DNA from: Gemmataceae bacterium
Lineage (GTDB): Bacteria > Planctomycetota > Planctomycetia > Gemmatales > Gemmataceae
Direction: 5' to 3'
Assembly: GCA_041499805.1 (NCBI GenBank)
Contig: JBGQKZ010000010.1
Coordinates: 28,224-92,223, forward strand
DNA length: 64,000 bases
Position numbers and translations under genes: made by a program. The notes beneath the pieces were generated by a model, which was not told where the DNA came from, made no database searches, and saw nothing but the letters and a program-made list of their open reading frames with translations. This document shows, in pieces, positions 38,112 to 47,456 of this stretch. Position 1 is the first letter of the stretch. Each line of letters opens with the position of its first letter.

Positions 38112-38531
38112 TCAAGTGTAGAATTTTTCTTGCAACGTTGCCAGGCTGCGTTCGAGCTGGCGGATGTGGTTGTACTGGCGTCGTCGGGCGATTTCGAGGT
38201 GGGTTAAGCGGGTGCGGTCTTGTTCGATGTTGTACCGAAGCTGATCCAGTTCCAGCGCGTGCTGCCAGGCGTTGCCCCGGTCGTTGACGTGCATGTAGGT
38301 TTCGACCCGCGAGGCGTGCAGCGCCGCCTGCGTCTCGATCTGGGCAAGGCGTTCCTTCAGTTCGCGAATGGCTTCTTCATTTTGGGAGAGTTGGAGATTC
38401 CGTTGTTGCAGGTCTTCACTCAGCTGATCGATCTGCTCCTGCATCTGAATCGCGGGGTCGGCGGGGAAGAAGCTCCGCCCCAGCCCGTAGATTTGGTCTT
38501 CGAGGTTGTTGAGGATTTGATCCAGCGTCAT
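38112..38531 (-). CDS. Hypothetical coiled-coil protein (139 aa)
   Basis: Heptad-rich Q/E/L composition, protein-like. Confidence 0.5.
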   Translation of the reverse strand: MTLDQILNNLEDQIYGLGRSFFPADPAIQMQEQIDQLSEDLQQRNLQLSQNEEAIRELKERLAQIETQAALHASRVETYMHVNDRGNAWQHALELDQLRYNIEQDRTRLTHLEIARRRQYNHIRQLERSLATLQEKFYT

Positions 38532-38647
38532 CCGTTCCTCCTTCCCGCGGTAGCCGACGAGACGGCCGGGCGCGGCGGCTCCCGTAGGTAATTCGCCGGC
38601 CGGCTTTCTGCATTTGCCAATTCTTCACAAAAAAAAGCCTTCCAGCA

Positions 38648-38722
38648 GTTTAGCCGCCCGTCTCGGACGGGCGCGTGGCGCTCTGTCGCGCCTACGCGCC
38701 CGTCCGAGACGGGCGGCTAAAC
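38648..38722. repeat. Family-A REP-like palindromic repeat, copy 1
   Basis: gtttagccgcccgtctcggacgggcgcg - 19 nt - cgcgcccgtccgagacgggcggctaaac. Each 28-nt arm is an internal palindrome (ccgtctcggacgg). Confidence 0.75.
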
Positions 38723-38829
38723 ACACTGCGGGAACGCACTGTTTTCCTTTGCATCGAGAGGGCCGGTCGGATAATGTCACACATGCCCGCGGGATTCGAG
38801 TCGCGGGCGGCTGATTCAGGAGCGCAGCG

Positions 38830-39723
38830 ATGGGCACGAAGGGTGAACAGTTCGCCGGGCTGACCGTGGCCCTCGTGACGCCGTTCCGCAACGGCGACAT
38901 CGACTTTGGCGGGTTGAAGCGGCTGGTCGATTGGCACGTCGAACAGGGGACCGATTGCCTGTCCCCGGTCGGCACCACGGGCGAGTCGCCGACGCTGGAC
39001 CACGACGAGCATGAACGGGTCATCGCCGCCGTCGTGGAGAACGCCGGCGGACGCATCAAGGTGATGCCCGGCACCGGCTCGAACAGCACGCGCGAGGCGA
39101 TCCGCCTGACGCGCTTCGCCAAGAAAGCCGGCGCCGACGGAGCCCTGATGGTCGGCCCCTATTACAACAAGCCGACGCAGGAAGGTTACTACCGCCATTT
39201 TGCCGCGGTGGCCGAGGCGGTGGAGCTGCCGATCGTCCTTTACAACATTCCCGGCCGCACGGGTTCGAACATTCTGCCGGAAACCATCGCCCGCCTGGCT
39301 GCGTTGCCCAACATCGTCGGCATCAAGGAAGCCACCGGCTCGCTCGACCAGGCGTCGCAGATCGCGGCCTTGACGAACCTGACAATCCTCAGCGGCGACG
39401 ACAGCCTGACCTTGCCGCTGTTGAGCATTGGCGCCCGCGGCGTCGTATCGGTGGTGGGGAACATCGTGCCGCGCGACATGAAGGCGCTGCTCGCCGCCTT
39501 TAATGCCGGGAAAATTGGGGAAGCGCTCAAGTGGCATCGCAAGTTGTTCCCGCTTTGCCGGGACCTGCTGGGCGTGGCGACCAACCCCATCCCGCTCAAA
39601 GCTGCACTGAAGCTGCTCGACCGCGGCACCGGCGAGCTGCGGCTGCCGCTCTGCCCGCTCGATGCCGCGGGCGAAGCGAAGGTCCGGCAAACGCTTGTTG
39701 AATACGGCCTGCTGCGCGGCTAA
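38830..39723 (+). CDS. dapA: 4-hydroxy-tetrahydrodipicolinate synthase
   Basis: The full-length DapA pattern: TALVTPF, GTTGES, the [13 protein letters not shown] region, YNIPGRTG. Confidence 0.92.
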   Translation: MGTKGEQFAGLTVALVTPFRNGDIDFGGLKRLVDWHVEQGTDCLSPVGTTGESPTLDHDEHERVIAAVVENAGGRIKVMPGTGSNSTREAIRLTRFAKKAGADGALMVGPYYNKPTQEGYYRHFAAVAEAVELPIVLYNIPGRTGSNILPETIARLAALPNIVGIKEATGSLDQASQIAALTNLTILSGDDSLTLPLLSIGARGVVSVVGNIVPRDMKALLAAFNAGKIGEALKWHRKLFPLCRDLLGVATNPIPLKAALKLLDRGTGELRLPLCPLDAAGEAKVRQTLVEYGLLRG

Positions 39724-39737
39724 TTCGGGGAGCACAA

Positions 39738-39794
39738 AGTGGCCGCCTCGCTCCGCGAGGCGCGTGCTTCGCCTCGCGGAGCGAGGCGGCCACT
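39738..39794. repeat. Family-B nested palindromic repeat, copy 2
   Basis: agtggccgcctcgctccgcgaggcg cgtgctt cgcctcgcggagcgaggcggccact. Confidence 0.7.
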
Positions 39795-39965
39795 CTGGGC
39801 CGCGCTTGCGGTGACCGAGATTGCTTGGGGAAGTCGTGGATTTCGTTTGACGCGACCGCGCGGCCCGGTATCCTGGTCCGAACGGCAGAGAACGAGTGAA
39901 CCCGAACCAACGTGTCGAGAATTGTTCCTTTGTCAACGCCGATGAAGGAGAGGGAACCCTCTGCC

Positions 39966-40373
39966 ATGAATGCCGTTCTTCGCACCAACCATCAGCCGCG
40001 CGCCCGCGCTTCGGCCAAGACCGTGTCCACGCTGAAAGCCTCGGACACCAGCATCCTTCGCCTGTCAGAAGTCTTCAAACTGTTGGCCGACAAGTCGCGG
40101 CTGAAGGTTCTGCTCGCCCTTGCCGAAGAGGGCGAGCTACACGTGACGGCGTTGTGCGACCTCCTCGGTCAGTCGCAGCCCGCGGTGAGCCATCATCTGA
40201 CCCTCATGCGCATGTCGGGGCTGCTCGGCTATCGCCGGGACGGGAAGCACAATTACTACCACCTCGAATCCGGTCTTATCCGTGATCTCCTCGAACAGTT
40301 TTTTGCCGATTCGGGCAACGGGCACCGGCAGTTCCAATTCGCCGATTTCGCGTTGGCTTATCGGCGGAAATGA
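39966..40373 (+). CDS. ArsR/SmtB-family metalloregulatory transcription factor
   Basis: HTH (LSEVFKLLADKSRLKVLLALAEEGELHVTALCDLLGQSQPAVSHHLTLM). ATG at 39966. Confidence 0.8.
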   Translation: MNAVLRTNHQPRARASAKTVSTLKASDTSILRLSEVFKLLADKSRLKVLLALAEEGELHVTALCDLLGQSQPAVSHHLTLMRMSGLLGYRRDGKHNYYHLESGLIRDLLEQFFADSGNGHRQFQFADFALAYRRK

Positions 40374-41751
40374 GCGCTGCGCCGCGGCGCGGGCGGTTCG
40401 GCGAACCGCGGCTAAACGGTGGCTCGTTTTTTTCGTCATTTGCATTGCTGGATGCGGCGCGCAAGGGCCGGAGACGGCGCGCCTTGTCCTCATTTCGCCG
40501 CACCGCGATGAAATCCGCGAGGAATGCGCGCTCGCGTTTCAGGATTGGCTCCGCGAACGGGGCGCAGGTCCCGTCGAAGTCGTCTGGCAAGACATCGGCG
40601 GCGGCACTTCACAGATCAGCCGTTACGTCAACGCTCGCTTCGAGGCCAATCCCGACGGCATCGGCATCGACATCGTCTTCGGCGGCGGCACCGACATCTT
40701 TCTCCGCTTCGCCAAGCAAGGCTTGCTCGAACGCTACGATCCGCCGGCTGAGCTGCTGAACCGCATTCCGCCGAAATTGAACGGCGTCGAGATGTACGAG
40801 CCCGAGCACCGCTGGTTCGGCCCGGTCGTGAGCAGCTTCGGCATTCTCTACAACCGCAAAGTGCTGGAACGTATTCAGCAGCCGGAGCCGCGCCGCTGGG
40901 CCGACCTGGGCGAGCCGGGTTTGCAAAGCTGGGTCAGCGCCGGCGATCCGCGGCTCACCGGCAGCGTCCACATGGTCTACGAGATCATCTTGCAAGGCCA
41001 CGGCTGGGACGAAGGCTTTCGCCTGTTGATGCGGCTCGGCGCCAACACACACAGTTTCATTCGCGACAGCGGCACCCTGACGCGGACGGTGATCAACGGC
41101 GAGACGGCGGCCGCCGGCAATCTTGACGCCAATGCCCTGAGCGCCGTCGGCCGTGATCCGGAGATGATGGGCTTCGCGTTGCCGATCGGCGAGACGATCA
41201 TCAACCCCGACGCGATCGCCATTCTCAAAGGCGCTCCGAACCTGGAAATGGCCAAAGCGTTCGTCGAATTCACCCTCAGCGACGCGGGGCAGAAGGTGTT
41301 TCTGCTTCGTCCCGGTCAACCGGGCGGGCCGCGCCGTTACGCGCTCTGTCGCTTGAGTGTGGTGGAAGACTTGTATCGCCAGTATCCGCCCGAAGTCCGC
41401 TCGGTCGGCGCCGCCAACCCGTTTGCGGTGACGAGCACCATCTCCTACAACAGCAAGCAAGGCAACGACCGTTGGGACGCGCTGAACGATGTGTTCGGCG
41501 CCGTCGTTGTGGACGCGCAGCCCGAATTGGCCGCGGCGTGGCAGGCGGTCGTGAAGCTACCGCCATCGCCGGAGCGCCAGCAGTTGGAAGACGAGCTGTT
41601 CCGCCCGCCGGTGAACGAAGCACAGTTAATGGAACATCAGCGCCAGATCACGCAGGGCAGTCCGCGAATGCGCGCGGAGACGGTCAACCGCTGGGGTGAA
41701 GAGACGCGAAAACGCTATCGCGACATCAAGAAGCGGGCCGAAGGGGGGTAA
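40282..41751 (+). CDS. ABC transporter substrate-binding protein (Fe3+/polyamine-type SBP, lipoprotein)
   Basis: Lipobox LVFFVICIAGC, then an SBP_bac fold. Start uncertain: no in-frame ATG/GTG/TTG between the arsR stop and the signal peptide, so the GTG at 40282 (or TTG at 40303) overlaps arsR by ~70-90 nt. Confidence 0.75.
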   Translation: MISSNSFLPIRATGTGSSNSPISRWLIGGNERCAAARAVRRTAAKRWLVFFVICIAGCGAQGPETARLVLISPHRDEIREECALAFQDWLRERGAGPVEVVWQDIGGGTSQISRYVNARFEANPDGIGIDIVFGGGTDIFLRFAKQGLLERYDPPAELLNRIPPKLNGVEMYEPEHRWFGPVVSSFGILYNRKVLERIQQPEPRRWADLGEPGLQSWVSAGDPRLTGSVHMVYEIILQGHGWDEGFRLLMRLGANTHSFIRDSGTLTRTVINGETAAAGNLDANALSAVGRDPEMMGFALPIGETIINPDAIAILKGAPNLEMAKAFVEFTLSDAGQKVFLLRPGQPGGPRRYALCRLSVVEDLYRQYPPEVRSVGAANPFAVTSTISYNSKQGNDRWDALNDVFGAVVVDAQPELAAAWQAVVKLPPSPERQQLEDELFRPPVNEAQLMEHQRQITQGSPRMRAETVNRWGEETRKRYRDIKKRAEGG

Positions 41752-41900
41752 TGACGAATGGCGAATGTCGAATGCCGAATCAATGACGAATGCTCGAATG
41801 AGCCGGCATTGGCCTTCGGCCTCCGTCATTCATTCGGCCTTCGGCCTTCGGCTTTCGTCATTGATTCGGCCTTCGGCCTTCGTCATTCATGATTTCACCA
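41752..41900. repeat. ~150-bp imperfect palindrome built from short tandem motifs (cgaatg on the left, ccttcgg / cattcg on the right) between the SBP and ATPase genes
   Basis: Left half gacgaatggcgaatgtcgaatgccgaatcaatgacgaatgctcgaatg. Right half is its approximate reverse complement (cattcattcggccttcggccttcggctttcgtcattgattcggccttcggccttcgtcattcat). Confidence 0.65.
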
Positions 41901-42967
41901 TGACCCCTATCCGCATCGACAACGTGACCAAGCGCTTCGGTCCCACGGTCGCCGTCGATGGCGTCACGCTGCGCATTGAGGCGGGCGAGTTATTTTTTCT
42001 TCTCGGTCCCTCTGGCTGCGGCAAAACGACGCTGCTGCGTATCCTCGCCGGTTTCGTCGCGCCGGACGCGGGCGACGTCTTCTTCGCCGACCAGCGCATC
42101 ACGCAACTGCCGCCGCGGGCGCGCGACGCCGGCATGGTGTTTCAAACGTACGCTTTGTGGCCGCACATGACGGTGGCGAAGAACGTCGCCTTTGGTCTCA
42201 ACGTGCGCAAGATCAAGCGCGACGAGATCGCCCGCCGCGTGGAGCGTGTCTTGAAGTTAGTCCGCATGGAAGGCTATGGCGAACGCCGGCCGAATCAGCT
42301 TAGCGGCGGACAGCAGCAACGCGTCGCCCTCGCACGGGCGTTGGTGATTCAGCCACGCGTGCTGCTTTTGGACGAGCCGTTGTCGAACCTCGACGCCCGC
42401 CTGCGCGATGAGATGCGCGAGGAGATTCGCCGGCTCCATGAGGAGACGGGCCTGACGATGGTTTACGTCACGCACGATCAGAAGGAAGCGCTCGCACTTG
42501 CCGGGCGGATCGGCGTGATGGAGCGCGGGAAACTCGTGCAGGTGGGGACGCCGGACGGTGTTTACCGTCACCCCGCCAATCGCTTCGTCGCCGGTTTTCT
42601 CGGCGACAGTAATTTCCTTCCCGGTGCGGTGAAAAGCGTGGCCGACGGGAAATGCACCGTCGAAACCGCGCTGGGGATGTTGACCGCGACACCGTTTGCC
42701 TGGGCGCCGCAACCGGGAAGGCGGGTCGTCTGCTCGATCCGGCCGCACGACATCCTCCCCGCCGCGGACGGGACCGGCGCGAACCGGTTTTCGGCGAAGG
42801 TGCAACACGTTACGTTCCTTGGCGAGGTTTGCCACGTGCGTTTGACGTCGGGTGAAACGCCGCTGCTTCTCGTCGGCACGCCGCAACAAGCCGCCGCCTG
42901 GCAACCGGGCGCAGCCCTGACGTTGACCATCGCGCCGGAAAACGTCGTCGCGTTGCCCGAAGTTTAG
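41900..42967 (+). CDS. ABC transporter ATP-binding protein (FbpC/PotA-like, with C-terminal TOBE-like domain)
   Basis: Walker A GPSGCGKTT, signature LSGGQQQRVALARAL, Walker B LLLDEPLSNLD. ATG at 41900. Confidence 0.9.
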   Translation: MTPIRIDNVTKRFGPTVAVDGVTLRIEAGELFFLLGPSGCGKTTLLRILAGFVAPDAGDVFFADQRITQLPPRARDAGMVFQTYALWPHMTVAKNVAFGLNVRKIKRDEIARRVERVLKLVRMEGYGERRPNQLSGGQQQRVALARALVIQPRVLLLDEPLSNLDARLRDEMREEIRRLHEETGLTMVYVTHDQKEALALAGRIGVMERGKLVQVGTPDGVYRHPANRFVAGFLGDSNFLPGAVKSVADGKCTVETALGMLTATPFAWAPQPGRRVVCSIRPHDILPAADGTGANRFSAKVQHVTFLGEVCHVRLTSGETPLLLVGTPQQAAAWQPGAALTLTIAPENVVALPEV

Positions 42968-42971
42968 AAGC

Positions 42972-43031
42972 TTAGCCGCCCGTCTCGGACGGGCGCGCGG
43001 TCACGCGCCCGTCCGAGACGGGCGGCTAAAC
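42972..43031. repeat. Family-A REP-like palindromic repeat, copy 2
   Basis: cttagccgcccgtctcggacgggcgcg cggtca cgcgcccgtccgagacgggcggctaaac, just after the ATPase stop. Confidence 0.75.
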
Positions 43032-43043
43032 GCGGGTTCCAAT

Positions 43044-44996
43044 ATGCGCTGGCGCACACTGCCAATCGAACTGCTGCTGCTCGCCTTTCTGGCGATCTTT
43101 CTTCTCTACCCGCTCGCCTACGTCATCCCCGGCGCGGCGAGCGATACCGAGTACGAAGTTCATCTCCTTTCCTTTCCGGAGAGTGCGGAAGGCAAAGCGA
43201 AGGTTGCCGCCCTGCTCGCGAAGGCGGCGCCGAGCAAGCCGCAAGCGATCCAATTGCCGTTTACCGTTCAGAGTTTCACTGTGTCGCGCAACGCCGAAGT
43301 GCTCGCGGAGCAGCTCCGCGCCGCCGGCGCCGGCGCGGACGTTGTCACGCAACGCCACTGGACCGGCTTTTACTTCCGCCAAGCCCTTGGCTTTGAGTTC
43401 GCCCGAACCTCCTCGTTCCCGTTTTTCCGCGTCGAGCCAAACGCGCCGTTCTTATGGGAATGTCTGCGCAACAGCCTTCTCCTCGGGTTCTTGACGACAT
43501 TGGCGACGACGCTGCTCTGCTTGCCGTTGGCGCGCTGGTTGACGCGCTATCGTTTCCCGGGCCGCGGGCTGGTTGCCGGCTTGCTCCTTGTTCCGCTCCT
43601 GATGCCGCCGTTCGTCGGCGGCATCGGCCTGGAGCGCTTCCTCGACCGCTTCGGATCGTTGAATTTAGTGCTTATGAAGATGGGCTTGCTCGATCCCGGC
43701 AAGCCGATTGACTGGCTCGGCGAAGGCGGCTTCGTCGGCGTGCTGGTGATGCAGGTGTTGCACCTGTATCCAATCTTGTATCTGAACCTCGCGGCGGCAT
43801 GGGCGAACATCGATCCGACGCTGGAGGACGCCGCGCGCAATCTTGGCGCGAGCGAAGGACAGGTCTTTCGCACCATCACGTTCCCGCTGTTGCTTCCGGG
43901 ATACTTCGCGGGAGCGAGCCTCGTTTTCGTCTGGGCGTTTACCGACCTGGGAACGCCGCTCGTCTTTCAGTATCGGGCGGTGATTCCCGTGCAGATCTTC
44001 GATCAGGTCAGTGACCCGCAACGAACGAATTCCGTCGCGTACGCATTGGTGGTCGTCACGCTGGTCGTCACGGCGGTGCTCTTCTATGCGGCCCGCTGGC
44101 TGGTGAATCGGCGCGCATACATCGGCGGCGGCAAAGGGGCGGTGGCGGCTGCCGTCCCGGCGGCGGGGAAAGGCAGGACCTGGCTGATCTACACGACCGT
44201 TTTCGTCATCACGTTCCTTGCCGTGTTGCCGCACCTCGGCGTCGTTTTGACCGCGTTCGCCGAGCGCTGGTCGTTCAGCCCGCTGCCGCAGTCGTACACC
44301 ACGGCCTATTGGCACGAAGTGTGGTCGAACCGCGTGTCCGCCCTCAGCATTCGTAACAGCGTGTCGTACAGCTTAGCGAGCACACTGATCGACCTGGTGC
44401 TCGGCGTGACGCTGGCCTGGCTCGTGACCCGGCGGCCGAGTTGGCTGACCGGGCTCCTCGACGGCCTCGCGACCCTGCCGTTGGCGCTGCCGGGCCTCGT
44501 ATTGGCCTTCGGTTATCTGACTTGCTACAGTAAATGGAATTTCGGGCCCGCCGCGTTTCTCGACCCGGTGCAAAACCCGGTGCCGCTCTTGATTATCGCG
44601 TACGCCGTGCGCCGGCTGCCGTATGTGACGCGCTCCGCGCAAGCTGGTTTGCAGCAGATTGCCCCGGTGCTGGAAGAAGCGGCGGAAAACCTCGGCGCCA
44701 GCCGTTGGCGCGTCGTGCGAACGGTGACGCTGCCGCTCATCGCCGCCAATCTCGTCGCCGGCGCGGTCCTGACGTTCGCCTTCGCCGTGCTCGAAGTCAG
44801 CGACAGCCTGATGCTGGCCCGCGAGGAGAAATACTTCCCGATCACGCGGGCGATCATCGGCCTGCTCATGCGGCCCGACGACGGCGACCAGATCGCGAGC
44901 GCCCTCGCGGTGTTCGCGATGGCGCTGTTGGGCGCGAGCCTCCTTGTCGCGGGGCTCGCACTCGGGCGCAAGATGGGAGAGATGTTCCGCGCGTAA
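43044..44996 (+). CDS. ABC transporter permease (fused double-TMD, FbpB-like)
   Basis: 650 aa with two permease repeats, each carrying the EAA-like loop. Confidence 0.88.
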   Translation: MRWRTLPIELLLLAFLAIFLLYPLAYVIPGAASDTEYEVHLLSFPESAEGKAKVAALLAKAAPSKPQAIQLPFTVQSFTVSRNAEVLAEQLRAAGAGADVVTQRHWTGFYFRQALGFEFARTSSFPFFRVEPNAPFLWECLRNSLLLGFLTTLATTLLCLPLARWLTRYRFPGRGLVAGLLLVPLLMPPFVGGIGLERFLDRFGSLNLVLMKMGLLDPGKPIDWLGEGGFVGVLVMQVLHLYPILYLNLAAAWANIDPTLEDAARNLGASEGQVFRTITFPLLLPGYFAGASLVFVWAFTDLGTPLVFQYRAVIPVQIFDQVSDPQRTNSVAYALVVVTLVVTAVLFYAARWLVNRRAYIGGGKGAVAAAVPAAGKGRTWLIYTTVFVITFLAVLPHLGVVLTAFAERWSFSPLPQSYTTAYWHEVWSNRVSALSIRNSVSYSLASTLIDLVLGVTLAWLVTRRPSWLTGLLDGLATLPLALPGLVLAFGYLTCYSKWNFGPAAFLDPVQNPVPLLIIAYAVRRLPYVTRSAQAGLQQIAPVLEEAAENLGASRWRVVRTVTLPLIAANLVAGAVLTFAFAVLEVSDSLMLAREEKYFPITRAIIGLLMRPDDGDQIASALAVFAMALLGASLLVAGLALGRKMGEMFRA

Positions 44997-45013
44997 TGAA
45001 GTTCTGTAATAAA

Positions 45014-45092
45014 GTTTAGCCGCCCGTCTCGGACGGGCGCGGACCGCAACCCATGCCATCGCGCCCGCGCCTGTCCGAGACGGGCGGCCAAA
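45014..45092. repeat. Family-A REP-like palindromic repeat, copy 3 (right arm degenerate)
   Basis: gtttagccgcccgtctcggacgggcgcg ... cgcgcccgcgcctgtccgagacgggcggccaaat. Confidence 0.7.
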
Positions 45093-45106
45093 TAAGTGAG
45101 AAGTTG

Positions 45107-46222
45107 ATGTCCGACGTTGTAGCGAAGTTGGCTCTCGCAGACGGCACGGTTTACACGGGCCGCGCTTTCGGTGCGCGCGGCGAGACCTTTGGCGAGGTTG
45201 TGTTCAACACAAGCATGACCGGCTACCAGGAGGTGCTCACCGATCCGTCGTACAAGGGCCAGATCGTCACGATGACGTATCCGCTTATCGGCAACTACGG
45301 CGTCAACGAGGATGACGTGGAATCGGACCGGCCGCAGGTGGAAGGGTTTATCGTTCGCGAGTTAACCCGCATTCCGAGCAACTTTCGTTCACACGGCAGC
45401 CTCGACGAGTATCTCGCGGCGAACCGTATTTTGGGTTTGGAGGGAATCGACACCCGCGCCCTGGTCCGCCGCATTCGCGTTCGCGGGGCGATGACCGGCG
45501 TTCTCTCTACCAGCGACCTCGATGACGCTTCTTTAGTGAAGAAAGCACAAGCGTCGCCGGGCATCGTCGGCCGAGACCTCGTCCGCGAAGTGATGGTCGA
45601 GCGCGCCTTTCGCTGGGAGAAGGGTTTCACGAACTCGCTTTGCACTTATCTGCCGGCCCACCCACCGACGCACCGCGTCGTCGCGCTCGACTACGGCATG
45701 AAGTGGAACATCCTCCGCTGTCTCACGCAAGTCGGCTGCCAGGTGACGGTGCTGCCCGGCTCGGCGACGGCGGACGAGGTGCTGGCTCAGAACCCCGACG
45801 GCATCTTCCTATCAAACGGCCCCGGCGACCCGGAGCCGTTGACGTACGCCCACGAAACGATTCGCGATCTCGCCGGCAAGAAGCCGATTTTCGGCATCTG
45901 TCTTGGTCATCAACTCCTGGGCCTCGCGCTCGGCGGCAAGACGTTCAAGTTGAAGTTCGGCCACCGCGGCGCCAATCAGCCGGTGCTAAATCAGCAGACC
46001 GGCCGCGTGGAAATCACGACACAGAATCACGGGTTCGCGGTTGGACTCGACAACCTGCCGCGCGATCTGGAGCCGACGCACATCAATCTCAACGACGGCA
46101 CCCTGGAAGGGATGCGTCATAAGCGCTGGCCGATCTTCAGCGTGCAGTATCACCCTGAGGCGTCCGCCGGGCCGCACGACAGCACCTATCTGTTTGAGGA
46201 GTTTCAGAAGCTGATGGGCTGA
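45107..46222 (+). CDS. carA: Carbamoyl-phosphate synthase small (glutaminase) subunit
   Basis: N-terminal CarA domain ([14 protein letters not shown]...[21 protein letters not shown]) and a class-I GATase triad region (GICLGHQLL...H...E). ATG at 45107. Confidence 0.93.
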   Translation: MSDVVAKLALADGTVYTGRAFGARGETFGEVVFNTSMTGYQEVLTDPSYKGQIVTMTYPLIGNYGVNEDDVESDRPQVEGFIVRELTRIPSNFRSHGSLDEYLAANRILGLEGIDTRALVRRIRVRGAMTGVLSTSDLDDASLVKKAQASPGIVGRDLVREVMVERAFRWEKGFTNSLCTYLPAHPPTHRVVALDYGMKWNILRCLTQVGCQVTVLPGSATADEVLAQNPDGIFLSNGPGDPEPLTYAHETIRDLAGKKPIFGICLGHQLLGLALGGKTFKLKFGHRGANQPVLNQQTGRVEITTQNHGFAVGLDNLPRDLEPTHINLNDGTLEGMRHKRWPIFSVQYHPEASAGPHDSTYLFEEFQKLMG

Positions 46223-46462
46223 GCCCGTATCGAGTTACGGCGATTCAAAGATAAAGCGGATGGTGTCATTCTTTTAGTGTTTCCGGACCGTATGTTCGAC
46301 GTAAGCGCGTGCGGATTTATGATACATGGCACATGGCCGCGCAGGGAGGCCACGAAAATCGCGACAAAAAGCGACACGATGTTTTTGAAAAGCTCGCCGT
46401 AAGTCATCCCGCATAGCGCGCCAACATTTCAAGCGGGTCGGCGTTATACCGAAGGAGTTTTC

Positions 46463-47437
46463 ATGCGGGCCGTCGTCGTGCTTGCCGTGCTCGGCTCATG
46501 GTTCACCGCGCGGGCCGTTCCGGCCGAGATCGTGGAGAAGGGGATTGTCCATTTCGAGCCGCGCGGCGATCAGCAGAACGTCCCCGAGCGCTATCGCCTG
46601 GCCGCCCATTCATTCGATTTCGAGGTGGAGCGCAAGCAAGAGCTGCCGGCAAGTGGTGTGGATGTCTTTCGCGTTCGCTATCCGTCGCCGGTGACGAGTG
46701 CCCACCCGGAGAACAACACCGTTCACTCGGAATACTATCGACCCAAAGGGCCAGGGCCGTTTCCGGGCGTGGTCGTCCTCGACATCACCGGCGGCGATCA
46801 AAGCGTTTCGCGGATGATCTCAACAAACCTCGCAAACAACGGCATCGCCGCGCTGTTCATGCAGATGGCGTACTACGGGCCACGGCGGCCGCCCGGCACC
46901 AATCTGAAGCTACTTACGTCCGATTATCGCCACACCATGGACGCAGTGCGGCAGACGGTGCTCGACGTGCGGCAGTCGGTCGCCTGGCTGGAAGCGCGGC
47001 CCGAAATCGACAAGGAACGCCTCGGCGTCCTCGGCACCAGCCTCGGCAGCTTCATCGGCTCGCTCGCCGCCGAGATGGAGCCGAAAGTGACCCGCTGCGT
47101 CGTTCTCCTCGGCGGCGGCGGTCTGGTGGATGGGTTCTACGATCATCCACTCGCCGCCCCGTACCGCAAGATTTACGAGAAGCTCGGCGGCAGCAAGGAA
47201 AAGCTCGCCGCACTGATCGCCCCCGCCGATCCGTTGACCTGTGCCGCCAACTTGAAGGACCGCAAGGTCCTAATGATCTGCGGCGAACGCGACGAGATCG
47301 TGCCGCCCAAGATGGCGAAGGCACTATGGAAGGCGACCGGCGAGCAAAAAATCGTCTGGTTCGACTGCACGCATTACGGGGCGGCGCTCTACTTCGTGCC
47401 TGCCCTCGGGCATATCGTTCGGCATCTCAAAGAATGA
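46463..47437 (+). CDS. Secreted alpha/beta hydrolase (dienelactone-hydrolase / peptidase S9-like)
   Basis: Signal peptide and a nucleophile elbow (GVLGTSLGS) with downstream D/H. Confidence 0.72.
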   Translation: MRAVVVLAVLGSWFTARAVPAEIVEKGIVHFEPRGDQQNVPERYRLAAHSFDFEVERKQELPASGVDVFRVRYPSPVTSAHPENNTVHSEYYRPKGPGPFPGVVVLDITGGDQSVSRMISTNLANNGIAALFMQMAYYGPRRPPGTNLKLLTSDYRHTMDAVRQTVLDVRQSVAWLEARPEIDKERLGVLGTSLGSFIGSLAAEMEPKVTRCVVLLGGGGLVDGFYDHPLAAPYRKIYEKLGGSKEKLAALIAPADPLTCAANLKDRKVLMICGERDEIVPPKMAKALWKATGEQKIVWFDCTHYGAALYFVPALGHIVRHLKE

Positions 47438-47456
47438 ACCGATCTGGGGGTGAAGC

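Noticed and set aside
38723-38829. Possible lysine riboswitch upstream of dapA
   Set aside because: Leader is only ~105 nt and is mostly occupied by the Family-A repeat. Too short for an L-box, and its conserved elements are not evident.
46204-46407. 67-aa minus ORF in the carA / alpha-beta-hydrolase intergenic region
   Set aside because: Lies in an AT-rich intergenic stretch, overlaps the carA 3' end, and has no RBS or homology cues. Could be a small membrane peptide, but it is unsupported.
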